A stretch of 37,417 nt of DNA from Octopus bimaculoides (Eukaryota): assembly GCF_001194135.2 (NCBI RefSeq), contig NC_068983.1, positions 120,755,899 through 120,793,315 of the forward strand, written 5' to 3'. A program made the translations under genes and the position numbers. This document shows positions 20,538-32,953 of the stretch, in pieces. The notes under the pieces were generated by a model. The model saw only the letters and a program-made list of their open reading frames with translations, had not been told where the DNA came from and ran no database searches. Position 1 is the first letter of the stretch. Every line of letters begins with the position of its first letter.

Positions 20538-22959
20538 TGTATATATATATATTGATGCGGAAGTGTTCCCTTGAACAATGTAGATAAAAAGTTAATTAAA
20601 TTGGCAAAGTTAATATGTACGTCGGTGTATTGCGATAATATAAATGAAGGAAGAATGCATGGTCACTTGTTGTTGCAATGGAGGCAATGGATGCAGTAAA
20701 TGAGTTCTGAAGAATAGAGCTGCATTTAGTAGTTGTCTAAGAAGTAAACGCGAGGTTTTTTTTACGTGATGGTTATGAGTTTAGAGGCAAGTAGTGTTCA
20801 ACAACATAGATCCAAAACCTTTTGTTGAGAGTGTAAAACGGCTGAATTCTGAATAGTACACACAATTTGCTTGATTTGTTAGAGCTTCAGTAAAAAATGT
20901 ACCATATTTTCTCACATATAAAACGGACTCTCGTATTGGACGCATCCTATTTTACGAGGATGTTGTGTGGAAGAAATAAAATAAATTTGTTGGTTAACTC
21001 ATACTTTTATTGAAAGATATTTTAAAGTGTTTCTTTATTTTTTTTTCAAAGGGAAATGTATGATTTAAGGAACGTTAAACACTAGTCTGACAGTGTATTG
21101 GAATAAACATTGTTTGATGGCCGTTGCCTATTCATTAATTCCTCCGTCCTTTGACAGGTTTTACTTTCCGTCCCACAGAGTGTCCAAAAATCACTCTCCT
21201 CGCCAAGCAAGTTCGGCGGGGTAGCCAGTTTAGTCACCGATGACTCGTTCATGCAACAGGTTGTACTGGGTTACATATTACCAGTAGCGCGCAAAAGCGA
21301 CCTGATTGGAATTAAGTTGGAAACTATAATTTTATCATAAATAAAATACGTTATGGGAATAACATATTTAAACTTTTTTTCAAAAACTGTATAGTTGCTT
21401 ATATTTTAGTCAAGAGAATTGTCATAAAGAATGTAAAAGTTGTATATCTGGACGTAATATTCTGTGTAGCATTGATCGGTCACCAAAATGGCACATCACT
21501 GCCATGATTTTGTTGTCATTCACTTGTTGCAAATAGCTGACAGGCGGGTGAAAGTTTAACATTTTTTTCATCTCTCTAGGAGAATCGTTTAATTTAGATA
21601 ATTAAAAAATGTTTCTTAAAGGTAACGTATGCATTAAATAATGTAAGACATTTGTCAAGTATGAGTTATGTATGCTGAGGAAGGAGGTATAATAAGATGG
21701 TGTGACTTGCCCATATAAATTCCGACTACCACAAGCAAATTTTCGTAAGTTTTTCAAACAGATTGATATTTTGGCGTGTTTTTAACGTTTTATTATCAGT
21801 AAGAATTATTGTGCCTAACGGACTTATGCTTTTAAGGTTCCTTGGCACTCGAACTCCCATCCGTAATGCGGTTGCATTAGACAAGGGCAAATTTTTGATA
21901 TAGTAAAAAGTAAAGAAAAGTAAGTCTTATACGTTGGGAAATATGGTAGTTAATATACGTTGCCAATAGATGCACTGTTATGCAAATGAGTTTGACCACT
22001 TTGGCTTCATCCAAGTTTGTGTTCACCACAAATGAGTTATTAATAACTTTCCGCACAGAGAATATGGCTATTCTTTGTCTGATGAAGTTCCAATAAGACT
22101 AGAAACTGTTCGTATCGATCAGATTTTTCTATTGAGAGATAAAAACTGTACTATACTAATTTTGTCTTTTTTTTTGCACAGAGTAGTTGAAATTGCATAT
22201 TGATTAAAATATATACCTTACATTTCCGAATATTTTATTCACACGAAACATATGTGTTTCAGTAACAGAATATATAAAGGAAACCTGATCTGCGTTGTCT
22301 ATTTTCTGTGCACTCTAAAATTATTCTGAAATTTCATAGGATTATAATTAAGCACATCTGTTGTATGCAATTAAAATATCTCTAAAAAATTAATTATAAT
22401 TTACTGAATTACATACGGCTGAAAATATTTTTTATCAGCGGAAAGAAAGAAAAAAAGACAAGAAGCTTAACACAATTTTTTCCAACCTTTTTTGTTCATT
22501 AGAAATGTTTTACGTTATATACGCTACTTCTGGTTTGTCATTTTCGATATTTACAGTCCAATGCCATTAAATATAAAAATGACTACATTCTTGAAGTAAG
22601 CCAGAAAGATTCACTGGCAAACAGAAGACGAAAATAGTAATAAGAGAGACACATTAATTTTTTAGTTATTTGTAACAAATAGAGAAAGAGTACAGTTATT
22701 GCTGCGGTTACGTGAAAGGTATATTGACTGTCTTCGTTGATACAAGAAGTATTTGTCTCTGACTGTATAAAGTGTGTCATAACCATTTCAATTGTACAAA
22801 GATGCACAGCGTTACATAGTTATTTTGGTTGAACCGTGTGCGTCCTCCCAGTGAGGCTTAGATTCGTCACGTGGAACTCGGCAGTTGCGGCATTTCAAAC
22901 TTCTCCGTTCAATTGCAATTATACATGCATATATATATGTGTGTGTGTGTGTGTGTAAG

Positions 22960-23220
22960 TAGCGTGAAAGCACGTGGCCTAGTAGTCAGGCTGTTGCATT
23001 CACGTGGGTTCGATTCCCAGACTGGGCGGCACGTTGTATTCTTGAGCATTGTGACCAGTGATGTGTAACAGTATCTGATAGCCTGATCGGTCACGTGATC
23101 ACAAGTTAAGTAGCAATAGTAAACAACCAAGTGAATCCAGTAATTCTGAGCATAAGGTTCCTCTCTGACGCACTTAAACTGCCATCCGGTAGATACATTT
23201 CTTTTATTAGCCACACGGAG
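22960..23220 (+). mobile_element. Degenerate tRNA-derived SINE, family D-like
   Basis: TGGCCTAGTAGTCAGG (A box) ... GGTTCGATTCCCAGACTGGGCGGCACGTTGTATTCTTGAGCA. Confidence 0.55.
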
Positions 23221-23469
23221 CTTTACAGAGGGGACAATTACATAGTAGAGCTTTTCTTTTTTTTTGGGGGGGGGGGAGAAAAAAGGGGGGTCGATCAAAA
23301 GGGATCGTAGGAAAGAAGAGAAAGAAAAAAAAACCGATCAGTAGGGCCACCCGGCAGATAATCGTTTGTTTGCATTTTGACTAGATTGCTGTGTTTCGCA
23401 AAATATAAAGATTCACCTGATTTCAATGGATAAGTACAAATTTGATGTGTTTGGATAGATGGATGGGCA

Positions 23470-23730
23470 TTAGCATGTTGCACTCACGATTGCTAGATCG
23501 TGGTTTCAATCCCTAGGTGGGGGTGTTGTATTCTTGAGCAAAACACGTCATCTCACGCTGCTATACACTCACTTCGGCATTGAATGTGTGGCATTGGATA
23601 TCGATGTGACAGAGAGGATGAGCTAATGTAGCGCACAAACATTTGATCACTAAAGACAAATCATCTGTGTTGCTCGTGCATCAAAAAATTGCAGAACCCT
23701 CAACTGTGGTCCACGACAGGAGAGTCCATC
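23470..23730 (+). mobile_element. Degenerate tRNA-derived SINE, family D-like
   Basis: GGTTTCAATCCC...GTGTTGTATTCTTGAGCAAAACACGTCATCTCACG, similar to 36631-36700. Confidence 0.55.
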
Positions 23731-24321
23731 ATATGTGCATATATATATATATATATAACGTAGGTATTGCAAATTTTAGAGGTAATACTTGATAATTGTA
23801 AGCACCTGTATATGCCAGATAGTGGCCGAGATGAAAGAATATATATATATATATGCGTGTGTGTATAATACTCTTATGCATTAAGTTCTATTACCCCTGT
23901 TTTTTTTTCTGACGAACATAATTATAATTTTTTAAAAAATAGATGTTTATTATGGACTTCCAGTAACGCATGCGCAATGATATTCAATAACCTGACCTCG
24001 GCCGGAGTGTAGTGTTCATGACCGAACTACAGTTTATCGTGTGCGCGAACACAAGTGACCTGTCGTTTGAATTTCTACTTTGCAAACATCGCATGTTCGA
24101 ACACCTGCAACTTCTGTTACAGCTTACGTTTCATTTTTTCTTTCTTTTCGGTTAATAGTCTGCTTTTATTCACCGTTGCTTTTAATTTTAAATGCACGTT
24201 CTGTTAACAACTGCTTCGCAGTACTCCATCTTATAGCAGCTTGCTTTAAATTTTATATTTTCAACTGTTGCATGCTTTATCGGTGTTCTACTAAGAATTA
24301 ATATATCATTGTTTGGCGTAA

Positions 24322-25002
24322 CTACACACGTGTGCCCCTCCCACCGACTGTGTTTCCTCATAACTTTCAGGAAAATGGTTATATTTTAATGAAGAATTTC
24401 TACAAATACAATTGAGATGGCTTATATAACAATTATATCAGGATTCCTTATCAAAGAATTTTCTGTGGGTGGGGAGAGGAATTTCGGAAAATTCATATTA
24501 GTTGCCTTTCTTTCTTCATAGCTTTCAGAAAAATGGATATTTCTTTGATAATTTTTTTTGCAAATACCTCTCAGGTTGTGTAAATTACGATTATATCGGA
24601 ATTTAATATAAAAAAAAACAAAAGTTTGGCTCGCACATATACAGTATGTAACTTGAAATTCCGAAAAAAATTGTGATAGGTGTCACTGTGTATATGTGTG
24701 TGCTCACCACTTTTCTTTTCAAATCAAATTCCGATATAATCGTATTTTATACACCTTGAGAGGGATTTGTAAAAAATTTTCTTTAAAAATAACCATTTTC
24801 TCGAAAGTTATCAGAAAATTAAGCTGACTTGTTTGAATTTTCCGAAACTTATCTCCCCACCGCCTGAAAACTTTTTTCACCTCAAGTTCCAATATAATTG
24901 AAATCTATACCACCTGAAGCTTATTTGTAGAAAATTTCATTAGAGATATCCATTTTCCTGGAAGTTATGAGGAAATAAAGTCGGTGGGGCACAGATCTGT
25001 AG
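24322..25002. mobile_element. Foldback/MITE-like element: ~285-bp inverted arms, each built from two ~160-bp-period subunits
   Basis: Left TGTGCCCCTCCCACCGACTGTGTTTCCTCATAACTTTCAGGAAAATGG matches the reverse complement of the right end, TGTGCCCCACCGACTTTATTTCCTCATAACTTCCAGGAAAATGG. The inner subunits (24511-24607 and 24727-24818) and the linkers also pair. Confidence 0.8.
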
Positions 25003-25537
25003 ACATACCTTTAACATAAGTAATACTAAAATTAACTTGCTGTAAGATACCTATATATCGGCTTGCTTCACTTCACTTTCATTTTGTATGTAACAATATT
25101 TGATCATATAACTGCATGTTATATATAAACAAACAATACACTTCTTTCGATCGGTTTGCATTAGAGTGACAATACTTTGAATGAGATGAACTGAATTTCA
25201 TAATAGTCATAAATGATTGAAAGTTCAGTAACATTAAGTTATATAAACAATTAGATACGATGAAGTCTTTGAAAGAGTAGAAAAAAAGAAAATAAAGTAA
25301 AAAGTTTCTTTTAAAATTTCTGTCGTGGTGCATTGTTATGGGGAAAGTAATAATAACGAAACACCCCTCCCACGTGACGAGTGGTATGTGCTAGTCGTTA
25401 CAAATACTGTGAAGTAGGAAGTCGAACGGTGGAGAAGCCGGCGAAGTTGGTCATATATAGTCATGTCTTTACTTGTCTAACTAACTATACTGCTATACCG
25501 GAGGAGGCCTTATAGCAGTCCGACGCTGGATTACAAC

Positions 25538-25574
25538 ATGCATAAAGGAGGATTCTTCGTCACAGGTTTTTCTG
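25538..25574 (+). CDS. Candidate first exon (MHKGGFFVTGFS), unverified
   Basis: ACAAC-ATG context, followed by a consensus donor CTG/GTAAGT. CACGTGAC and GGAAGT motifs lie upstream. Confidence 0.2.
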
Positions 25575-25749
25575 GTAAGTGATTAAACTGTTTTAAACTG
25601 AAATTGCTTTATAAATATGTTTTTAAAATATAGGCTCAAGTTCAGAGTGGTTGTAAATTTAATGGCCTCATTTGTTCTTTCACCCTAACCCACCTGTGAT
25701 CTAGTATTTTGGTTGGCTGACTGCCTGAATATGTCACTTGCTTTTTCAG

Positions 25750-26197
<448 letters not shown>

Positions 26198-26587
26198 GTA
26201 AGTGTAGAATCTACACGTCTATCGTACATTCTTCCGTTTAAGACGAGAGAGTTAACATTTACAAATGATTTGACTGTTAATTATCGGTGTGAACAACACG
26301 TAGAGATAATTTCGTTGTCTCATGAGCCCCTCTTATGATTGCAAAAGCCGGTGTAAATATTCTTAATTTATATGCTGAGTAGTTGATAAACGAGATATTA
26401 CTTACTATTCAGAGTGTTCTGGCTAAATTTTACGATATTTTGTCTCTTTTGACGACATTTTGTCACTGTAAAAAGTATATAAATATGGGGAGCATAAAGA
26501 TAAAAGTTGTAGTTGAGAAACAGTTTGCTGACATGGATGACTGGAAGCTATCTGAATACTGGAAACGAATTATCTATCTTTTTCCAG

Positions 26588-26722
26588 ATTCGCACCGGGT
26601 ATCAAAACGCCGACATCATATCCGCTGCTCAGTGCTCTGTGAACAATGTAAACGCTGTAAGAGGAGACATAGGCAGTTGCAATGGAGACTACGAAGCGAG
26701 GACGACACTCCATTGTGATTAA
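26588..26722 (+). CDS. Candidate exon in unique sequence (IRTGYQNADIISAAQCSVNNVNAVRGDIGSCNGDYEARTTLHCD* or the alternative frame), product unknown
   Basis: Acceptor TTATCTATCTTTTTCCAG/. GC is 65/135 (48%), well above the AT-rich flanks. Two + frames are open. I recognise no homolog. Confidence 0.3.
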   Translation: MRTGYQNADIISAAQCSVNNVNAVRGDIGSCNGDYEARTTLHCD

Positions 26723-26799
26723 AACATAGACATAATAATCAAATGTATGTCAATTCTTCTTATTTATGTCAGAACGATTAAATCTTTTATCTTCGTTTG

Positions 26800-26871
26800 T
26801 TTCATTAATTGGACTGTGGGCATGCCGAACCGCCGCCTTCAAGGATTTAGCCGAACAAATCGACCTCGTTA

Positions 26872-26875
<4 letters not shown>
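26800..26875 (-). mobile_element. SINE family C, 3' fragment
   Basis: TTTGTTTCATTAATTGGACTGTGGGCATG...TTTAGCCGAACAAATCGACC, matching 3181-3250. Confidence 0.6.
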
Positions 26876-26921
<46 letters not shown>

Positions 26922-27867
26922 NNNNNNNNNNNNNNNNNNNNNNNNNNNNNNNNNNNNNNNNNNNNNNNNNNNNNNNNNNNNNNNNNNNNNNNNNNNNNNN
27001 NNNNNNNNNNNNNNNNNNNNNNNNNNNNNNNNNNNNNNNNNNNNNNNNNNNNNNNNNNNNNNNNNNNNNNNNNNNNNNNNNNNNNNNNNNNNNNNNNNNN
27101 NNNNNNNNNNNNNNNNNNNNNNNNNNNNNNNNNNNNNNNNNNNNNNNNNNNNNNNNNNNNNNNNNNNNNNNNNNNNNNNNNNNNNNNNNNNNNNNNNNNN
27201 NNNNNNNNNNNNNNNNNNNNNNNNNNNNNNNNNNNNNNNNNNNNNNNNNNNNNNNNNNNNNNNNNNNNNNNNNNNNNNNNNNNNNNNNNNNNNNNNNNNN
27301 NNNNNNNNNNNNNNNNNNNNNNNNNNNNNNNNNNNNNNNNNNNNNNNNNNNNNNNNNNNNNNNNNNNNNNNNNNNNNNNNNNNNNNNNNNNNNNNNNNNN
27401 NNNNNNNNNNNNNNNNNNNNNNNNNNNNNNNNNNNNNNNNNNNNNNNNNNNNNNNNNNNNNNNNNNNNNNNNNNNNNNNNNNNNNNNNNNNNNNNNNNNN
27501 NNNNNNNNNNNNNNNNNNNNNNNNNNNNNNNNNNNNNNNNNNNNNNNNNNNNNNNNNNNNNNNNNNNNNNNNNNNNNNNNNNNNNNNNNNNNNNNNNNNN
27601 NNNNNNNNNNNNNNNNNNNNNNNNNNNNNNNNNNNNNNNNNNNNNNNNNNNNNNNNNNNNNNNNNNNNNNNNNNNNNNNNNNNNNNNNNNNNNNNNNNNN
27701 NNNNNNNNNNNNNNNNNNNNNNNNNNNNNNNNNNNNNNNNNNNNNNNNNNNNNNNNNNNNNNNNNNNNNNNNNNNNNNNNNNNNNNNNNNNNNNNNNNNN
27801 NNNNNNNNNNNNNNNNNNNNNNNNNNNNNNNNNNNNNNNNNNNNNNNNNNNNNNNNNNNNNNNNNNN
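26922..27867. other. Assembly gap
   Basis: Run of N between (TA)n and (CA)n. Confidence 0.99.
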
Positions 27868-27906
<39 letters not shown>

Positions 27907-27914
27907 AATGTATA

Positions 27915-28082
27915 TATATAATACAAATAATATATGAGTATATGCATATATACGTACATGTATGTATATACCTACATCTACATGTATATATAGATGCATA
28001 TCTGGGTACAGGACGTTGCAAAAAAACGTGGACAAAATTATAAACAGAGTACGGAAAACACACAGGCCACATAGAGAACATT
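27915..28082 (-). repeat. Inverted copy of the repeat at 31493-31622 and 32189-32365
   Basis: The reverse complement, ...CCTGTACCCAGATATGCATCTATATATACATGTAGATGTAGGTAT..., matches 32221-32310. Confidence 0.75.
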
Positions 28083-28124
28083 TATATGTATGTATAAGCC
28101 GTGCTTCTTTGAGCTTCTATCTAT

Positions 28125-28243
28125 CAAATACATTCACAAAGCTCTGGTCGTTATGTTATTGTAGAAGACATTTGCGCAAGGACTGAATCCGAAACCACGA
28201 GGTTGGGAAGCAACGGTATTACCAAACAGCCACGCCTGCAGCA
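28125..28243 (-). mobile_element. SINE family C, 5' relic with internal deletion
   Basis: TGTAGAAGACATTTGCGCAAG/GACTGAATCCGAAACCAC...TTACCAAACAGCCACGCCTGC. Confidence 0.6.
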
Positions 28244-28797
28244 TATAAAATATCTATGTATGTCACTTTAAAAAATATACATTGTAAAAAAAAAGAACTA
28301 AAGTTCTGAACTACATTTTTGCTTCATGCGTCATATGTTGTGACACATTTATTCTATATACAAAACTATTTGTGATTCGGGTTATATGCATTCACTTGCA
28401 GTTACTTCGACATTGACCATAATGTGAAATAAAATTTTGACATTCATACTTAAATGAAAGTGCTGTGTGTTAGAAGTACATCAGAAAGAGTAGATTCTTC
28501 AGAAAACATAAAACAAAACAAAACGCTACAAAAAGATAAGTACTACGCAAAAATAAAGTACTATGAAGAAATTAAGTTACTAAGTAAACAAAATTTTAAA
28601 ATAGGACAAAGCAATATTAGAGCATCAACAGCAAAATAGCTTACAAAAATGAAATATTATGAAGTAGTGTAGTTAAGAAGACTGTTTCCCTTCTAAATGG
28701 TTCTACATTTTATCTCACTGGGCGGCACTTTGGGCAAACGTCACTTCGAGTTGAGAGTTTTGACTTTTACCTAGGGAGCAGAATTTGGTAAACGGAC

Positions 28798-29524
28798 NNN
28801 NNNNNNNNNNNNNNNNNNNNNNNNNNNNNNNNNNNNNNNNNNNNNNNNNNNNNNNNNNNNNNNNNNNNNNNNNNNNNNNNNNNNNNNNNNNNNNNNNNNN
28901 NNNNNNNNNNNNNNNNNNNNNNNNNNNNNNNNNNNNNNNNNNNNNNNNNNNNNNNNNNNNNNNNNNNNNNNNNNNNNNNNNNNNNNNNNNNNNNNNNNNN
29001 NNNNNNNNNNNNNNNNNNNNNNNNNNNNNNNNNNNNNNNNNNNNNNNNNNNNNNNNNNNNNNNNNNNNNNNNNNNNNNNNNNNNNNNNNNNNNNNNNNNN
29101 NNNNNNNNNNNNNNNNNNNNNNNNNNNNNNNNNNNNNNNNNNNNNNNNNNNNNNNNNNNNNNNNNNNNNNNNNNNNNNNNNNNNNNNNNNNNNNNNNNNN
29201 NNNNNNNNNNNNNNNNNNNNNNNNNNNNNNNNNNNNNNNNNNNNNNNNNNNNNNNNNNNNNNNNNNNNNNNNNNNNNNNNNNNNNNNNNNNNNNNNNNNN
29301 NNNNNNNNNNNNNNNNNNNNNNNNNNNNNNNNNNNNNNNNNNNNNNNNNNNNNNNNNNNNNNNNNNNNNNNNNNNNNNNNNNNNNNNNNNNNNNNNNNNN
29401 NNNNNNNNNNNNNNNNNNNNNNNNNNNNNNNNNNNNNNNNNNNNNNNNNNNNNNNNNNNNNNNNNNNNNNNNNNNNNNNNNNNNNNNNNNNNNNNNNNNN
29501 NNNNNNNNNNNNNNNNNNNNNNNN
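28798..29524. other. Assembly gap
   Basis: Run of N. Confidence 0.99.
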
Positions 29525-30005
29525 ACGGGTACGTAAACACACCAGCATCGGTTGTCAAGCGATGTTGGGGGACAAACACAAACACACAAACATATACACA
29601 CACATACGTATATAAATATATACATATATACGACGGGCTTCTTTCAGTTTCCGTCTACCAAATCCACTCACAAGGCTTTGGCCGGCCCGAGGCTATAGTA
29701 GAAGGCACTTGCCCAAGATGTCACGCAGTGGGACTGAACCCAGAACTATGTGGTTGGTAAGCAAGCTACTTACCACACAGCCACTCCTGCGCCTATATAT
29801 ACATATTCTTTTGCTTGTCTCAGTCATTTGACTGCAGCCATGCCAGAACAACACCTTAAAGGGTGTTAATCGAAGGAATCGGCCCCAGGACTTTTTCTTT
29901 GTAAGTCTAGTATGTATTCTATCGTTCTCTTTTACCGAACCGTTAAGTTACGGGTACATAAACACACCAACATCGGTTGTCAAGCGATGGCAGTGAGACA
30001 AACAC
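29525..30005 (-). mobile_element. Two tandem family C SINEs: young 5' part (29525-29795) and a 5'-truncated 3' part (29803-30005)
   Basis: Minus strand ATAGGCGCAGGAGTGGCTGTGTGGTAAG...GGGTTCAGTCCC (A/B boxes). The segment CACACCAGCATCGGTTGTCAAGCGATG occurs in both copies. Confidence 0.88.
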
Positions 30006-30888
30006 AGCCATACTCATACACACACACGCACACACACACACATACATACATACATACACACACATACACACACACACACACACACTTACACACACACACA
30101 CAAATTAACGATGCAGTACGACCGTTTCTAGTGGCTCCATTTAATTGAACAATTCAATCATTACATCAATTTAAATGTAGTGCCATCTTCAGCTGCACAA
30201 ATAAATAAATAGAATTTTAACAAGTAGGACACATTAATATAATTTTTTTCAAATATTTTAACAGAGCAAGATGATGGAAGAAATTCATGTCGCTATTGTA
30301 GCTAAGAATAGACTACACTTTCAAGAATCGCATGAAGCCTAGTGGGGTCATAGTGTTGTAAGGGATTATAATTCATTTCTAATTCATTTATCTCTTTATC
30401 AACTACTAAATCTGAGACTCAAAGACCGTGTCTATTTTGAATACAGGACTAGAGTGAGTTGGCAACTCATGGTCATAAATATTATCACATGCACCCTTTT
30501 TCCTCAGGGATGAAATATGATGTTAGGAGTAGTCAGTTGGGTATAAGAAACTGTCTTTAAAAAAGAGACAAGGTAGGGGCAGACTTTAAATTATGATGTT
30601 AATTACCAGTTAAGGGGGCAAGACTCTAAGTAACCTAAGATCTTAATACAGAGGAAATTTTATTTTGGGGTACTATGGGTGATTATTTATAAACAATATT
30701 GTTATTTTGTATAAAAATAAAATCTAAGAATTTCAAAAATGATATCATAACCAAAATAGTTAGAAGGTGTGTATATATCAATTATAAACATTAAAAAGGA
30801 GAGATTACATTGAATCAGTTTAATATTCATTCGTGTACTTAATTAATTATTTATTAGGTGGTTTCTAGAAAGATTGCTCAGGACATTT

Positions 30889-31279
30889 GTTGTTGTTGTT
30901 GGCACTCCGTCGCTTACGACGTCGAAGGTTCCAGTTGATCCGATCAACAGAACAGCCTGCTCGTGAAATTAACGTGCAAGTGGCTGAGCACTCCACAGAC
31001 ACGTGTACCCTTGACGTAGTTCTCGGGGATATTCAGCGTGACACAGTGTGACAAGGCTGACCCTTTGAATTACAGGCACAACAGAAACAGGCAGTAAGAG
31101 TGAGAGAAAGTTGTGGTGGAAGAGTACAGCAGGGTTCGCCACCATCCCCTGCCGGAGCCTCATGGAGATTTTAGGTGTCTTCGCTCAATAAACACTCACA
31201 ACGCCCGGTCTGGGAATCGAAACCGCGATCCTATGACCGCGAGTTCGCTGCTCTAACCACTGGGCCATTGCGCTTCCAC
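30889..31279 (-). mobile_element. Full-length SINE family A with (CAA)n tail and 12-bp TSD
   Basis: tRNA-like head with A/B boxes, 3' end ...GACGGAGTGCC(AAC)n, and TSD CTCAGGACATTT at 30877-30888 and 31283-31294. Confidence 0.93.
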
Positions 31280-31492
31280 TAACTCAGGACATTTACTTAT
31301 GGAATAACTGCTATTTATTAATTTTAAGCCACGAATCAGAAAAAAGTAAAGATGCCTACAGATACACTCACATTTATATACGTGCATATATGCATATATA
31401 CACATACACAAATATTTATTTGTTTATATGGATATAGTATAACCATCTCGCATAGCCTTGAGTAATTGAAAAATATATATATAAACACAATT

Positions 31493-32365
31493 TTCTAATT
31501 GTGTTTAACGTTTTTCTGATTCCTGTACCCATAATGTATGGATATATGCATATATTTATATATTATTTACGTTATTATATGATCGAACGCCACGCACTGT
31601 CTCCAAGTAAGTTTTTCTTATTACTACGGCGCACTCTACTACTATTACTATCACCTCCCTGTCTGTCTCTCTCCCTTTCTGTTTTTCTCTTCCAACCCTC
31701 CCCTATCTTCTGTTCCTTTCACTGTTCCTGCTCTCTCACTCTACCTCCTTGACCCTCTCGTCGCTGAAACGTGACGAAAGGGATTCTTTCTCTTTACTTC
31801 CTGCCATCCTATAGAAAAGACGTGATTTTTTTTCTCTCTCATTCACATCTAACTTCGCGTTCAAAATAATAATTTTACTATCGTCTTGGCCTAACAGCCC
31901 TTACCGTTTGTTTTCACCGTTCTGTCTTGTTTTTACTGTCTTGTTCTCACTGTCCTGTTCTTGTTTACACTTTCACTCTCCGCAAAAAGTTTCAAATTTT
32001 ATTTAATTTGCTTGCGGAAAGGACTGTTCCAACGAAGTCGCGTATTGTCCTTCCCTTCGAAACGCAGAGTAGATAGAACAGGGACAACTGAAGAAGGGAA
32101 ATATTCTTTCTGTTGCATGTCTCGTTTCTCTGTTTTTTTTTCGTTGTTCGAAAAAAAGTTCGTTTTCTGTCTTCGTCTTTATGTTTTCGTTTCTCATTGT
32201 GTTTAACGTTTTTTTGTGATGTCTTGTACCAATATATGCATGTATATATACATATAGATGTAGGTATGTACATATATGTATGGATATATGCATATATTTA
32301 TATATTATTTACGTTATTATATGATTGAACGCTACGCACCGTTTCCTAGTAAGTTTTATCTTAAC
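31493..32365 (+). mobile_element. ~870-bp element bounded by direct repeats and carrying a hammerhead-like relic (32024-32076)
   Basis: The direct repeats (31493-31622, 32189-32365) share a 49-nt identical block. The internal CTGTT-CCAACGA...GAAA-CGCAGAG-TA-GATAG resembles the motif at 1016-1062. Confidence 0.45.
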
Positions 32366-32400
32366 TCCTATATAAATATATAACTATATATAACTCTCTC

Positions 32401-32439
<39 letters not shown>

Positions 32440-32548
32440 TGTTGTTGTACTTGGGGATGGTCATATTGCCAGTTTAGCCAATAAAAACACACGCACTGTA
32501 TATTTGGTGTTAATTTGCTTCAGCTTTATATTACATTAATCCTATTTC

Positions 32549-32593
32549 GGCCAGAGTTCTTTCGTCACACTTCTGTGACCTCATCAGTGGTCC
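32549..32593 (-). ncRNA. Type I hammerhead ribozyme motif (PLE-associated, minimal stem III)
   Basis: Minus strand GGACCA-CTGATGA-G-GTCACA[GAAG]TGTGAC-GAAA-GAAC-TC-TGGCC. All core positions are canonical, stem II is 6 bp, and stem I is 5 bp with one bulge. Confidence 0.8.
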
Positions 32594-32953
32594 TTTGCTT
32601 TCTTCTTTCTTATGTGTGTCTCACCTTGCTAACTATCAGCCATTTTGTATTTTGTATTCCTATTGTATGTGTCTACGCATGCGTATCTTTTAACGCGTCT
32701 ATGTTTTGTATGTGTATGTGTATGGGGAGTGCCTGTATTATCTATATCCTCTGTTAATACATGTTCGTTTGTTTTTGTTTTTATTTATCTATTTGTTCAT
32801 GTGTTTATATCTACCTTTTTTTGTATTTAATTAAATTTTGTTATCGTATGTAGTATTTAATTCCCTTTGTTTATCTATGTATTGTATTATATTTTGTTCA
32901 TATTGTTATTGGTTTATGGGGAACGTATTGTCTATGTTGTGGTTTGTGGTTTG

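Noticed and set aside
20899-20960. TACCATATTTTCTCACATATAAAACG..., resembling a mariner/Tigger terminal repeat
   Set aside because: It is short and degenerate, and no partner end was found.
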